DNA from: Parcubacteria group bacterium GW2011_GWC1_45_13
GTDB lineage: Bacteria; Patescibacteriota; Minisyncoccia; UBA11713; 2-01-FULL-45-33
Assembly (NCBI GenBank): GCA_001001285.1
Contig: LCKG01000001.1
Location: 39,223-103,222, forward strand
DNA: 64,000 bases
Direction: 5' to 3'
In this document: piece after piece, positions 16,973-25,982 of the stretch
Layout: the number at the start of each line of letters is the position of its first letter
Numbering within the stretch: position 1 is the stretch's first letter
Translations under genes and position numbers: made by a program
Notes under the pieces: generated by a model
The model's input: the letters and a program-made list of their open reading frames with translations, nothing else
Database searches by the model: none
What the model was told of the DNA's origin: nothing

Positions 16973-18490
16973 ATGTCCAGAAAAAATCCAAGGGTTTTAT
17001 TGATATATCCGCCCAATCAGCTTATGAGTATTGAAATGCCACGCCCAGACGGTTCATTAGGGCCGCTTTACCTCGCTGGAGCGCTTCGCCGCGCAGGAAT
17101 TGAAGTGGATATTTTAGACGCTTCCGTTGGCGGTCCCACAGATAATTTAAAAGATACATTTTTCAGAAGAGTAAAACAACCCAACGGACTTACTCGGATC
17201 GGTATGACGCCTAAACGCATGGAAGAATATTTGGCTGGGGGGTTTTATAATATTGTTGGGATTCACAGCAATTTCACCCCTCAAACAAAAATGGCGCTGG
17301 AAGTCGCTAGCATTATCAAAAAAGTAAATCCGGAAATGTTGGTAGTTGCTGGCGGAGTCAACGCCCGGGCAATGGCTGAAAGGATGTTGACTCAAAATAC
17401 CATTGACTTGATTGCTGTCACAGAGGGAGAAAAAACCATCGTAGAAATAGTAAGAGCCTGGCAAAACGGCTCCGGATTTGGCGAAGTAAACGGAATCGCG
17501 CGCCTCGAGAACGGCGAACTCGTGATAAACTCGCCTAGCACCATCACAACCAATCTTGATGAACTGCCGCTGCCGGCATGGGATTTGCTGCCTTTTGCCA
17601 AATACGATGAGATTAATTCCCCACCGCATGGCAGCATCACCTCTGCGAAGCGGCGCCGTTATGCGCCCATGATGACTTCGCGAGGATGCCCCTTTGAGTG
17701 TCTCTACTGCCACATAAGCGAAGAGAAAAGCGCCGAATCAACCAGCGGAGACATTGGGTCCTTGCGCTTAAAATCAGTAGACAGGGTCATGCGGGAAGTT
17801 GATATCCTGCGTTCCTTGGGAGTAACGCATCTTTATTTGGAAGACGACAGCTTGCTTGCAAAAAAAACCCGCGTGACCGATTTCTTTAAGCGAATGGCTG
17901 AAATGGGAATGAAAATGAGCGGCATCAACGGAGTAAATCTGGTTCATTTTGGCGAACCAACAGCCAATAAAAAGTTGAGACCGGATAGAAAATATTTAGA
18001 GATTATCAAAACGTCGGGATTTGATGAGATCGTTTTCCCAGTAGAGTCAGCAAGCCAGCGTGTCTTGGATAAATATGCTACCGGAAAACTTAATCATGAG
18101 AGACTGGACGTTGTAGAGCTGGTACGCACAGCCGTAAGCATAGGCATCACCTGCCCCATAAATATGATGATGGGGTTCCCGGACGAAACCGAGGCAGAAA
18201 TAATGCAAAGCGTTGAATTGGGCAAACAGCTAATTAACGCTGGAGCTCCGTATGTAACATTTTTCATTCCTATTCCATTTCCTGGAAGTAAATTGTTTAA
18301 CATAGCCATCAAAGGCAATCACCTTGCACCGGACTTTGATACCGACATCATGAACTGGCAACATCCAGTCATGAAAAATACGATAGTGCCTCCGGAACGC
18401 GTTGTTGAATTAAGACAATGGGCTTGGGAAACAGTAAACACGAGTTCATACAAACAAACAAGGACGGAAAGGAATGTTAGGGCGGTCTAG
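16973..18490 (+). CDS. B12-binding-domain radical SAM protein (class B radical SAM)
   Basis: N-terminal B12-binding Rossmann-like region, then the radical SAM cluster motif in TSRGCPFECLYCHI (CxxxCxxC). Confidence 0.8.
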   Translation: MSRKNPRVLLIYPPNQLMSIEMPRPDGSLGPLYLAGALRRAGIEVDILDASVGGPTDNLKDTFFRRVKQPNGLTRIGMTPKRMEEYLAGGFYNIVGIHSNFTPQTKMALEVASIIKKVNPEMLVVAGGVNARAMAERMLTQNTIDLIAVTEGEKTIVEIVRAWQNGSGFGEVNGIARLENGELVINSPSTITTNLDELPLPAWDLLPFAKYDEINSPPHGSITSAKRRRYAPMMTSRGCPFECLYCHISEEKSAESTSGDIGSLRLKSVDRVMREVDILRSLGVTHLYLEDDSLLAKKTRVTDFFKRMAEMGMKMSGINGVNLVHFGEPTANKKLRPDRKYLEIIKTSGFDEIVFPVESASQRVLDKYATGKLNHERLDVVELVRTAVSIGITCPINMMMGFPDETEAEIMQSVELGKQLINAGAPYVTFFIPIPFPGSKLFNIAIKGNHLAPDFDTDIMNWQHPVMKNTIVPPERVVELRQWAWETVNTSSYKQTRTERNVRAV

Positions 18491-18510
18491 CAAACCGCTC
18501 TTTTTATTTT
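18482..18510 (+). terminator. Hairpin followed by a T-run, after the radical-SAM gene
   Basis: gcggt-ctagcaa-accgc followed by tctttttatttt. It overlaps the 3' end of the convergent minus-strand gene. Confidence 0.35.
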
Positions 18511-20444
18511 AACTCCCGCAAGATTTTTTTGGCTGCGGAGACGCAAGTGATAACTTTCCCGCTGAAAATTGAAAAACAGCCGAATCCGTGGAAAGCGACG
18601 ACGGTCGGCCGCGCGTCGGTCCCGGCGGAAGCTGGTTCGGTCGGCAGAATAACAAACATTGATTTGATATATTCGCTGTTTTTTAGTATTGGGAACCATC
18701 TTGAACACCTTTCCTTCATTTCCTCCCAGCGTGGCGCGGGGAGTTTGCGAATTTTATCCAAAGAAAGACTTTTTAAATTTACATAGCTTTTATGGACCGA
18801 GAGCGGCACATCCCCCAAAGTGTATAAATTGCCATGGCTATCCATCGGCAGAATTGTGGCAAAGGGACCGTCCATAATGGTGACGGCGCATTTATCACTG
18901 GTCTTGAGGCGCACTACAGCCAGTTCTTTCAGCCGAAAATTTAAATTTTTCAACGGAAAGCCCAGCCAATCGCAAAAGTTATTGTACCGAGCGTAAGTAG
19001 CGTTAATAACACAGTCAAATTCTTCCGAACTTTTCGAGCCGTTTTTAGAGTTAATAATCAAAGTTTTCTTCCCATCCTTATTCAGCCGCGCTGATAAAAT
19101 CTCTGAATTAAGTTTTAGTTTAACATTCTGGTTGCCGCGAAGTTCCCTGCTAACCAAATTTTTCAATTTTTTATAATCATAAACCGCCTCCGGAGTCCGG
19201 ACGGAAAGACTCACCGTGTCGCGGTTTAAAAAGATTTTCGGCGGGTAAGCCCTTTTTGCGGGCAAGCCGTTTTGTTTACAAACTTTTAAAAATTGTTTCG
19301 CGGAAACCAGCGACCCTTTTTGGGAAACGCAATAATAGCTTGGGAATCCGGAAGATATCGCCTCGCGATAAACTGACTCAAAATCGCGCCTCGCTTCACG
19401 GACCTCTTGTATAGTTTCTGGGCTTCGCGGATAATGATATCCGTAATGGTGCCTGTATTGGTTTGCCAGCGAAGCCTCGGCGAGCAATCCGGATTTTTTT
19501 TCAAATAAAGTAACCGGAAAATATTTTCCGATAATAATAGCCGCTGTGGCGCCAAAAATGCCTCCGCCGATTATCGCCACACTGGGGGTTTTCGGCCGTT
19601 GAGACTGCTTTGCCGCTTCCACTATTTCAATAATCCGCGCGCCGATTTCTCCGTCCGGATAAGAAATCTTCCTGCCGCGTAAAATATCGATAAATAATGT
19701 TAGCTCTTTTGCCAGCGGCTCCACAGTTACGGGGCGGGTAAAATCACAAATGATTTTTTTGTCTCCAGACATCACAAAATTTAGCGTCCTAATTTTTTGG
19801 TCGTTCCTCCAACCAATTTTAAAATGCGCATCGGCACCGTTTGGATAGCGCAAATAAACATCTTTTAGGTATTTTGTGCCTTTGCTCCAAATTACCTTTG
19901 GTTTTTCGCCAAACAAATAATCCAGAACGTCAAACCAGTGAAGCTCTTCCAAAAGCGGGTCATACCCCTCATAAGTTGCGATAGGGCTGATAAATTCGCC
20001 CTCAATTTGTTTCAGATTCTTAAATTTCGGCGCTAGCGATTTTAGTTTTTCGGTCAGCGGATGAAATCGGTAAATATGGCCGACCATCAAAATTTTTTTA
20101 TGTTTTTTCGCGTAATCCCGCAATATATTTGCTTCTTCAGCCGTTTCCGCTAACGGCTTTTCAACAAACACGTCGGCATAGCGGAGGCATTTTTTTATCA
20201 GGGAAAAATGGGTTTGGTAAGGAGTAACTATATCCACCGCATCCGCTTTTTTCAAAAGGGACGGTTTTAAATCGGTGAAAATCGGCATGTCGTATTCTTT
20301 TTGGAGTTCTTGTTGATTTTTCTTTGTTTTAACTACAACGCCAGCCAGAGTTAATTTCCCTTGTTTTTCCAACAAGAGCAAATTACGGAGATGTTTTTTC
20401 CCGAATCTCCCGGCACCGACCAGCAATATTTTAGGTTTTTTCAT
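18504..20444 (-). CDS. Fusion protein: Gfo/Idh/MocA-family NAD(P) oxidoreductase fused to a DAO-type FAD-dependent oxidoreductase
   Basis: N-terminus KILLVGAGRFGKKHLRNLL (Gfo/Idh/MocA). Around residue 300, SVAIIGGGIFGATAAIIIGKY (FAD dinucleotide fold). Total length 646 aa. Confidence 0.65.
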   Translation of the reverse strand: MKKPKILLVGAGRFGKKHLRNLLLLEKQGKLTLAGVVVKTKKNQQELQKEYDMPIFTDLKPSLLKKADAVDIVTPYQTHFSLIKKCLRYADVFVEKPLAETAEEANILRDYAKKHKKILMVGHIYRFHPLTEKLKSLAPKFKNLKQIEGEFISPIATYEGYDPLLEELHWFDVLDYLFGEKPKVIWSKGTKYLKDVYLRYPNGADAHFKIGWRNDQKIRTLNFVMSGDKKIICDFTRPVTVEPLAKELTLFIDILRGRKISYPDGEIGARIIEIVEAAKQSQRPKTPSVAIIGGGIFGATAAIIIGKYFPVTLFEKKSGLLAEASLANQYRHHYGYHYPRSPETIQEVREARRDFESVYREAISSGFPSYYCVSQKGSLVSAKQFLKVCKQNGLPAKRAYPPKIFLNRDTVSLSVRTPEAVYDYKKLKNLVSRELRGNQNVKLKLNSEILSARLNKDGKKTLIINSKNGSKSSEEFDCVINATYARYNNFCDWLGFPLKNLNFRLKELAVVRLKTSDKCAVTIMDGPFATILPMDSHGNLYTLGDVPLSVHKSYVNLKSLSLDKIRKLPAPRWEEMKERCSRWFPILKNSEYIKSMFVILPTEPASAGTDARPTVVAFHGFGCFSIFSGKVITCVSAAKKILRELK

Positions 20445-21112
20445 TTTTTTGAAAAACGCGTAATGAAAACTACTTTTAACAAATTAATGCCGGCCTCCAT
20501 CATGTTAGAAAATTTTATTTTCGATCCTCCGGTCTTTCGCAAGCCGTGAGAAACAGTAACTTCACAAACTTTCGCTCCCCTGCTTTTTGCTATCGCCGGC
20601 AAAAAAATCTGCATTTGCCCCCAGAGCCTGAAATCTTTAATAAACTTGCTACGATAGGCCTTAAGCCCGCATCCAAAATCATGTATGTTTGTCCTCAAAG
20701 CCAAACGCGTTAATAAATTCGCAAAACGCGAAAACAAAATTCGCGGCATTGCGTCCTGCCTATTTTGGCGCCGGCCTACCGCCACATCGCATCCTTCAGA
20801 TATTTTTCCCAGAAGTTTCAAAATATCTTCGGGATCATTCTGCAAATCCGCGTCTATAAAAACTATAATTTCCCCATTCGCGGCTTGCATGCCTGTATCC
20901 AGCGCCAGAGTCTGGCCGCGATTTTTTGCGCAGGAAATCAATTTGAGGGGCTTTAAGTTTTTGGCTTCTTTTTCGGTATTGTCGGTTGAGCCGTCGTTCA
21001 CGAAAATAATTTCAAAGGCATCTTTTTGCTTTCCCATCGCCTCCACAATCCGGCAATGCAATTCTTTTATAGTTTTCTCCTCGTTAAAAACAGGGACAAC
21101 AACAGAAATCAT
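20441..21112 (-). CDS. GT2-family polyprenyl-phosphate glycosyltransferase (DPM1/GtrB-like)
   Basis: Motifs MISVVVPVFNEE, EIIFVNDGSTDNT and IIVFIDADLQNDPEDI. Confidence 0.8.
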   Translation of the reverse strand: MISVVVPVFNEEKTIKELHCRIVEAMGKQKDAFEIIFVNDGSTDNTEKEAKNLKPLKLISCAKNRGQTLALDTGMQAANGEIIVFIDADLQNDPEDILKLLGKISEGCDVAVGRRQNRQDAMPRILFSRFANLLTRLALRTNIHDFGCGLKAYRSKFIKDFRLWGQMQIFLPAIAKSRGAKVCEVTVSHGLRKTGGSKIKFSNMMEAGINLLKVVFITRFSKK

Positions 21113-21143
21113 ATGCCTGATTATATAGAAAAACAGCCGTTTT

Positions 21144-21878
21144 TCAACTCAACCATTTCTCAAAATCGGAGAGAAATTGGTTTACGACTTGGTCGGTTTT
21201 GAAGTGAGAAATCATGTCTGGGAAAAATTTGGGAGGAACAGTCACAATATGCGCTCCGGCCAAACGCGCATCCCTTACATCCACCGCTCCGCGCATGCTA
21301 CCGGTAATAATTTCAGAAGGAATCTTGTCCTGATCAAAAATCTGCCGGGTAGCCTGAACCACTTTAAACGGATTAAAATCGTCGCCATCAAGCGCTTTTT
21401 TATTTATAGCCTCATCGCGCTCTTTAGTCATGGCAGCGTCAGTTCCTCCATCACGAATTCTACCCCAAAACAAACTGACATATTTCGCGCCTGCGCGAGC
21501 GGCCATTACCGCTTGTGTCACATTCATGCAGGCGGTGCAATTTACCGAAATGCCCGCTGCGCTCAATTTTTTAATGGTTTCCAGCTCGTCCCACCCAACC
21601 TGAACCTTAATACTCATCTCCGGATATCCAAACTGTTTTATAAATTTCTGGGCTTGATCCAAAATTGTTTTTTGGTCGCGCGAAAATACCTCCACGCTCA
21701 AGTGAATCCCGGGCTGGTATTTTTTAATTAGATCAATAATTTTTCCGATATGCGCCTCAAAAGACGATTTTGGCTCTTTCGCCAAAAGCGAAGGGTTTGT
21801 GGTAATGCCTTGAGCAAACCCCCGCTTTAAACTCTCCTCAATATCTGTTAAATTCGCGCTATCAATGAATATTTTCAT
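21144..21878 (-). CDS. tal: Transaldolase / fructose-6-phosphate aldolase family protein
   Basis: Motifs MKIFIDSANL and GITTNPSL, and a short (244 aa) TalC/FSA-type length. Confidence 0.8.
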   Translation of the reverse strand: MKIFIDSANLTDIEESLKRGFAQGITTNPSLLAKEPKSSFEAHIGKIIDLIKKYQPGIHLSVEVFSRDQKTILDQAQKFIKQFGYPEMSIKVQVGWDELETIKKLSAAGISVNCTACMNVTQAVMAARAGAKYVSLFWGRIRDGGTDAAMTKERDEAINKKALDGDDFNPFKVVQATRQIFDQDKIPSEIITGSMRGAVDVRDARLAGAHIVTVPPKFFPDMISHFKTDQVVNQFLSDFEKWLS

Positions 21879-22464
21879 ATATATATTCTACAGCTTCTGA
21901 TAAATTTGTCACATGAATGTCTGCGGCAATATCTTTGTTTTGCGAATCATCTATCAAAATAGTTTTGCATCCCGCGGCTTGGCCGGCTTTTACATCGCTT
22001 TCCGAATCGCCAACTATAAATGAATTTTGCAAATCAATCCCCCATTTTTTCGCCGCTTCCAACAACATGCCAGGTTTCGGTTTTTTGCATTCACATCCGT
22101 CGTCCCTCCCATGCGCGCAAACAAAAATATCATCCAGCGGAAGTTTTTTAACGTCAGCCATTATTTTATCGTATTCTAATTGGGACATATTTTCATAAAT
22201 CACGTCAGGCTGATTAGTCACTAAAATTTTTAAAAAACTAGATCTGCCCAGTTCTTTCAAAGCCGTCGCAACGCCGTTTTTGAGATGAAATTCGTCATGC
22301 CTCCACGGAGCGGTCCATCGTACCTGCTTGCCTTTCACAAAAAAATTTTCGCCGCGGTCCACGGTATCGTTTATCACTCCATCGCGGTCAAGAAAAACCG
22401 CCCGCCTGCCTCGCCAAGCCAAGGCGGGCCTCAAGACAGTATCGGTTTTTGGACTGATTCCCAT
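21862..22464 (-). CDS. gmhB: D-glycero-D-manno-heptose 1,7-bisphosphate phosphatase-like HAD-IIIA phosphatase
   Basis: Motifs AVFLDRDGVIN, KILVTNQ and CxCxKPxPGML (CECKKPKPGML), and the trailing GDSESD. The start is uncertain: ATG at 22464 or TTG at 22512. Either choice overlaps the gmhA 3' end. Confidence 0.7.
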   Translation of the reverse strand: MGISPKTDTVLRPALAWRGRRAVFLDRDGVINDTVDRGENFFVKGKQVRWTAPWRHDEFHLKNGVATALKELGRSSFLKILVTNQPDVIYENMSQLEYDKIMADVKKLPLDDIFVCAHGRDDGCECKKPKPGMLLEAAKKWGIDLQNSFIVGDSESDVKAGQAAGCKTILIDDSQNKDIAADIHVTNLSEAVEYIYENIH

Positions 22465-23048
22465 TTTCCTTCGGTCATTTTTAATTCCGGATGAAAAACT
22501 ATGGCATGCCAAATAACGGCTTGCCAGGCCTCGGCGTGCGCCGTAACATTTTCCTGGTTGACGACTGGGACAAGAACACAGGCGTCGGCCATTTTCGCGG
22601 TGTACCCGCCGTCCCGGCTGACGATGCCGACAATTTTCGCGCCCACTTCTTTCGCATGATTCAACGCGTGCACAATATTCGCGCTCACGTTTTTTTCGGC
22701 GTTTCCTCCGCCCACGGAAAGCACCAACACCGCGTCGCTCGGCGTTACGTGGTTATGCTTAAGCCAACCCACAAAAACAGAGTCCCAACCATCATCATTT
22801 ACTCTGGCGGTGAGCTCCGCGACATTATCTGTTGGAGAATAAGACTGGATATGGGCAATTTTCCGAAAATCGTTTACAGCATGCGATGCGTTGGCGGCAG
22901 ACCCCCCGACTCCAAGAATAAAAAGTCGTCCTTTTTTTTCTCGCACATCGCGCAAAATTTCAATAGTCTTATGTATTGAGCCCTGGTCTATTTTTCCGGC
23001 GATTTCCGCGACCTCATTCAAATACACCGCTATATGGTCTTTTGACAT
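22431..23048 (-). CDS. gmhA: SIS-domain phosphoheptose isomerase
   Basis: SIS motifs GRLFILGVGGSAANASHAVNDF and VLVLSVGGGN. Sits next to gmhB and the transaldolase. Confidence 0.75.
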   Translation of the reverse strand: MSKDHIAVYLNEVAEIAGKIDQGSIHKTIEILRDVREKKGRLFILGVGGSAANASHAVNDFRKIAHIQSYSPTDNVAELTARVNDDGWDSVFVGWLKHNHVTPSDAVLVLSVGGGNAEKNVSANIVHALNHAKEVGAKIVGIVSRDGGYTAKMADACVLVPVVNQENVTAHAEAWQAVIWHAIVFHPELKMTEGKWESVQKPILS

Positions 23049-23064
23049 ATATTTTTATAACGCG

Positions 23065-24189
23065 CTAGTAACCAAAAAGTATCCCTTCTTTTTTAAGCTG
23101 GTCGTAATTTTTATCTAAATTTTCTTTTAAATTCTTAAACTGGCGAACCCATTTCAAATATTCGCTAACCGCCTCCGCAAGCGCATACTTCGGCCTCCAG
23201 CCCAATGCTTTTAATTTGTCCATGTCCATCGGCGAATGCCTCGCGTCACCGGCGCGAAACCTGTTGTTCAAAGACGGCCAGAACGGCACTTCCGCCGCGT
23301 TTGAAACCATTTCAGCTAAATCTATAATTTTTGTATTGTTCCCGCTTCCGAAATTAAAAATCTGGAAATCAGCTCGGGAATCCTCCAAAACCTTAAGATA
23401 GGCGCTAGCCGTGTCTCGCACATCAACAAAATCCCTTGATTGCTGGCCGTCCTCGTTAATTTTTATGGGCTCATTATTTAAAACATTAACAGCGAAAGCC
23501 CTTAGCGCACCCGAGTAAAAATGCCTGAATGATTGCCTTGGCCCCAATGCGATGCTCACGCGCGAAATCACGCTTGAGACGCCGTATTTTTTGCCGAGAT
23601 TCATTAAAAGCTGTTCGCTTGCCAGCTTTGAAATGCCGTATGGAATTTGAGGGAAAAGCGTATCGTCTTCCTTTTCTGGAAGAAAAGTCAGAGTCTCGCC
23701 GCAATCCTTGCAGATATAATCCCAGCGGCGATTTTTTAAGTCGTTTATGGTTCTCGGCTCCGGATAAATTGAGCCGTGATTTTTGCATCGGTATTTGCCG
23801 TGCCCATAAACTGATTGCGAAGACGCAGCAATAATTTTTTTAATCGGAATCTTGTTTTCAACTACAGATTCAAACATCAAAGCGATGCTCTCAACATTCG
23901 TGCTGACATAATTGCTGAAATCCGGATGCTGGTCCATGTAAGCTGCGAGGTGAATAACCGCTTCCACGCCGTTCAACGCTTTTCGCCAATCTTTTTTAAT
24001 CCGTACGTCGCCTTTTAAAAATTCCGCCTTTTTATTGAACCATTCCGGTAATTTGCCGTTGTGCGTCGGCGGAGCCAAATTGTCCAAAACCCGGACAGTA
24101 TAACCGTTGTCTATCAGCGTGTCCACAACATGCGAGCCAATAAACCCCGCTCCTCCGGTAACCAGCACATTTTTAGTACCATTTGCCAT
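23065..24189 (-). CDS. NAD-dependent epimerase/dehydratase (extended SDR) with an internal 4-Cys insertion
   Basis: VLVTGGAGFIGSHVVD, the catalytic PYGISKLASE, and an insert CKNHG...ICKDCGE carrying four cysteines. The start was moved to the ATG at 24187-24189 (MANGTKNVLVTGG); the ORF-track start is a TTG. Confidence 0.7.
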   Translation of the reverse strand: MANGTKNVLVTGGAGFIGSHVVDTLIDNGYTVRVLDNLAPPTHNGKLPEWFNKKAEFLKGDVRIKKDWRKALNGVEAVIHLAAYMDQHPDFSNYVSTNVESIALMFESVVENKIPIKKIIAASSQSVYGHGKYRCKNHGSIYPEPRTINDLKNRRWDYICKDCGETLTFLPEKEDDTLFPQIPYGISKLASEQLLMNLGKKYGVSSVISRVSIALGPRQSFRHFYSGALRAFAVNVLNNEPIKINEDGQQSRDFVDVRDTASAYLKVLEDSRADFQIFNFGSGNNTKIIDLAEMVSNAAEVPFWPSLNNRFRAGDARHSPMDMDKLKALGWRPKYALAEAVSEYLKWVRQFKNLKENLDKNYDQLKKEGILFGY

Positions 24190-24193
24190 AAAT

Positions 24194-25192
24194 CTAATTT
24201 TGCTTGTAAACTTCTTCAATTATTTTTAAAACCTTGAGGGCATCAGCGGCGTTTGGTGAGGGCGTTCTTTTTTCATCTATTGATTTAATAAACTCTTTAA
24301 GTTCCAAACGCAAGGCGTTGTCCGCGTCTGGATTGCAAATAATCTTTTTTTCTTTCAATATCTGCTTTTTATGGTCGTATCTGCCGATTGTTAAAATTTC
24401 TCCATTTCCGTATCTACGGCCAAAGCCGTCAATAGAACAATAACCCTTGCTCCCAAAAATTTCAAACGAAAAAATCGGTTTCCACTCGGTTATGCCGACA
24501 TGCAGTGAGCCGATTTTCCCACGTGGCGTCTCTAGCAAAACGAAAGCGTTGTCTTCCACTTTTGTTTTCCAAAAAAGATTGTTTTTCATGCCCGCGACTT
24601 TTTTTACAAGTTCTCCGAAAAACCAGTTAATCAGGTCTATGGCGTGCAAACCTTGGTCCATAAGCACTCCTCCGCCGGCTAGCTTTTTATTCATGCGCCA
24701 TTCTCTGCCATAGCCGGGCCGTCCCGGATGCCCGTGCCTGATTCTAATGAAATCAATTTCTCCGATTATGCCGCTTTCAACAATTTTTTTAGCGCGCCTT
24801 ATTGAATCAAAAGAGCGGTAATTAAATCCAACCATTAAACGCAGATTTTTTTGTTTGGCAAGTTTAAGCAGTATTTCCATTTCTTTGGCAGTGCGGCTGC
24901 CTGGCTTTTCCACAAAAACATGCTTTCCCGCCAAAAGCGCGGCGCGAGCCAAAGAATATAAAAACTTATGCGGCGTGACGATAAACACCGCGTCCACTCT
25001 TGATTTAAACGCATCTTTATAATTTTTTGAAAAATCCGCGCCACAATCTTCGGCTACCTTCCTAGCCGCTGGCAAATCTTTATCAATAACGATTTTGAGC
25101 GATGCTTTTCCAAATTCGTTTATAATTTTCGCCCAGCGCGTTCCCATGCGGCCAGCTCCGATTATCCCAAAATTATATTTTTTACCAGTCAT
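24194..25192 (-). CDS. Gfo/Idh/MocA-family oxidoreductase
   Basis: FGIIGAGRMGTRWA and EKPGSRTAKE motifs. The start was moved to the internal ATG at 25190-25192, which avoids a 100-nt overlap with the upstream SDR. Confidence 0.8.
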   Translation of the reverse strand: MTGKKYNFGIIGAGRMGTRWAKIINEFGKASLKIVIDKDLPAARKVAEDCGADFSKNYKDAFKSRVDAVFIVTPHKFLYSLARAALLAGKHVFVEKPGSRTAKEMEILLKLAKQKNLRLMVGFNYRSFDSIRRAKKIVESGIIGEIDFIRIRHGHPGRPGYGREWRMNKKLAGGGVLMDQGLHAIDLINWFFGELVKKVAGMKNNLFWKTKVEDNAFVLLETPRGKIGSLHVGITEWKPIFSFEIFGSKGYCSIDGFGRRYGNGEILTIGRYDHKKQILKEKKIICNPDADNALRLELKEFIKSIDEKRTPSPNAADALKVLKIIEEVYKQN

Positions 25193-25982
25193 AACCGCGA
25201 TCTTCAGGTTTAATTCTACGCCAGTTATAAATATCCGATTGTTTAAGCTTTTCCAAATGGTTTGAAAACTCTTGCCACTTGTCCCAAACGGCACTAATGT
25301 TCTTGCCGGTTATTCCGTTGGATTTTCCCGAAGCCAAAAAGACAGCTAATTCCGCGGCTTTTTCAGGAGACACTGTTTTCATCTCGCCTTTTGTCTGTTT
25401 CAGCGCCGCTTCGTATTGGTCTTTGCCGGCTTTTTCAGCTCCCGCTTCTACCAAATCCCTGGTGAGGCCGGAATTAACAAGACCTGGAGAAATTGCATTT
25501 ATTTCAATCCCAAAATCGCTAAATTCTTTTGATAACGATTCTACAAGCCGTAAAACCGCTCCTTTGGAACTTGCGTAGGAAGTAAAATTCGGCAGAGGAG
25601 CGTCTCCTCCTCCGGCAAAAGCGATAATTTTTCCATTCCCGTTTTTTTTGAGCATGGGCAAAGCGTATTTTATGGAAAGCATCATGCCATACAAATTAAC
25701 TTTTATGGCATCCAACCATTTCTCCGCGTCGCACTGTTCTAGAGAGCCTATTTCTCCGTAAGTTCCGGCGGCGGTTACTAAAATATCAAGCGATCCAAAT
25801 TTTTTTTCAACCAAATTCATAAGGGTTTTAACACTTTCGGGACTGGCGATATCAACCGAATAATTTCCGGATCTGCTGGCTGTTATAACTTCGCATCCTT
25901 CTCGCTCAAAAAACTCGGCGGTGGTTTTACCTATAGCGCCGCTTCCTCCAGTAATTAAAGCTTTTTTATTTTTTAAAATCAT
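25182..25982 (-). CDS. Short-chain dehydrogenase/reductase
   Basis: ALITGGSGAIGKTTAEFF and the YASSKGAV (YxxxK) motif. ATG at 25980-25982 overlaps the upstream stop (ATGA). Confidence 0.8.
   Translation of the reverse strand: MILKNKKALITGGSGAIGKTTAEFFEREGCEVITASRSGNYSVDIASPESVKTLMNLVEKKFGSLDILVTAAGTYGEIGSLEQCDAEKWLDAIKVNLYGMMLSIKYALPMLKKNGNGKIIAFAGGGDAPLPNFTSYASSKGAVLRLVESLSKEFSDFGIEINAISPGLVNSGLTRDLVEAGAEKAGKDQYEAALKQTKGEMKTVSPEKAAELAVFLASGKSNGITGKNISAVWDKWQEFSNHLEKLKQSDIYNWRRIKPEDRGYDW

Noticed and set aside
18487-18708. Arg-rich 73-aa ORF (RRDRRAADRRRFPRIR) overlapping the 3' end of the fused oxidoreductase
   Set aside because: It is an alternate-frame translation of a real coding region. 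The arginine richness reflects CG-containing codons read out of frame.
21129-21144. Hairpin aaaaac-agcc-gttttt immediately after the transaldolase stop
   Set aside because: The stem is entirely A-T and 6 bp long, and it lies only about 30 nt before the next co-directional gene. It could be a weak attenuator but the support is too weak to call.
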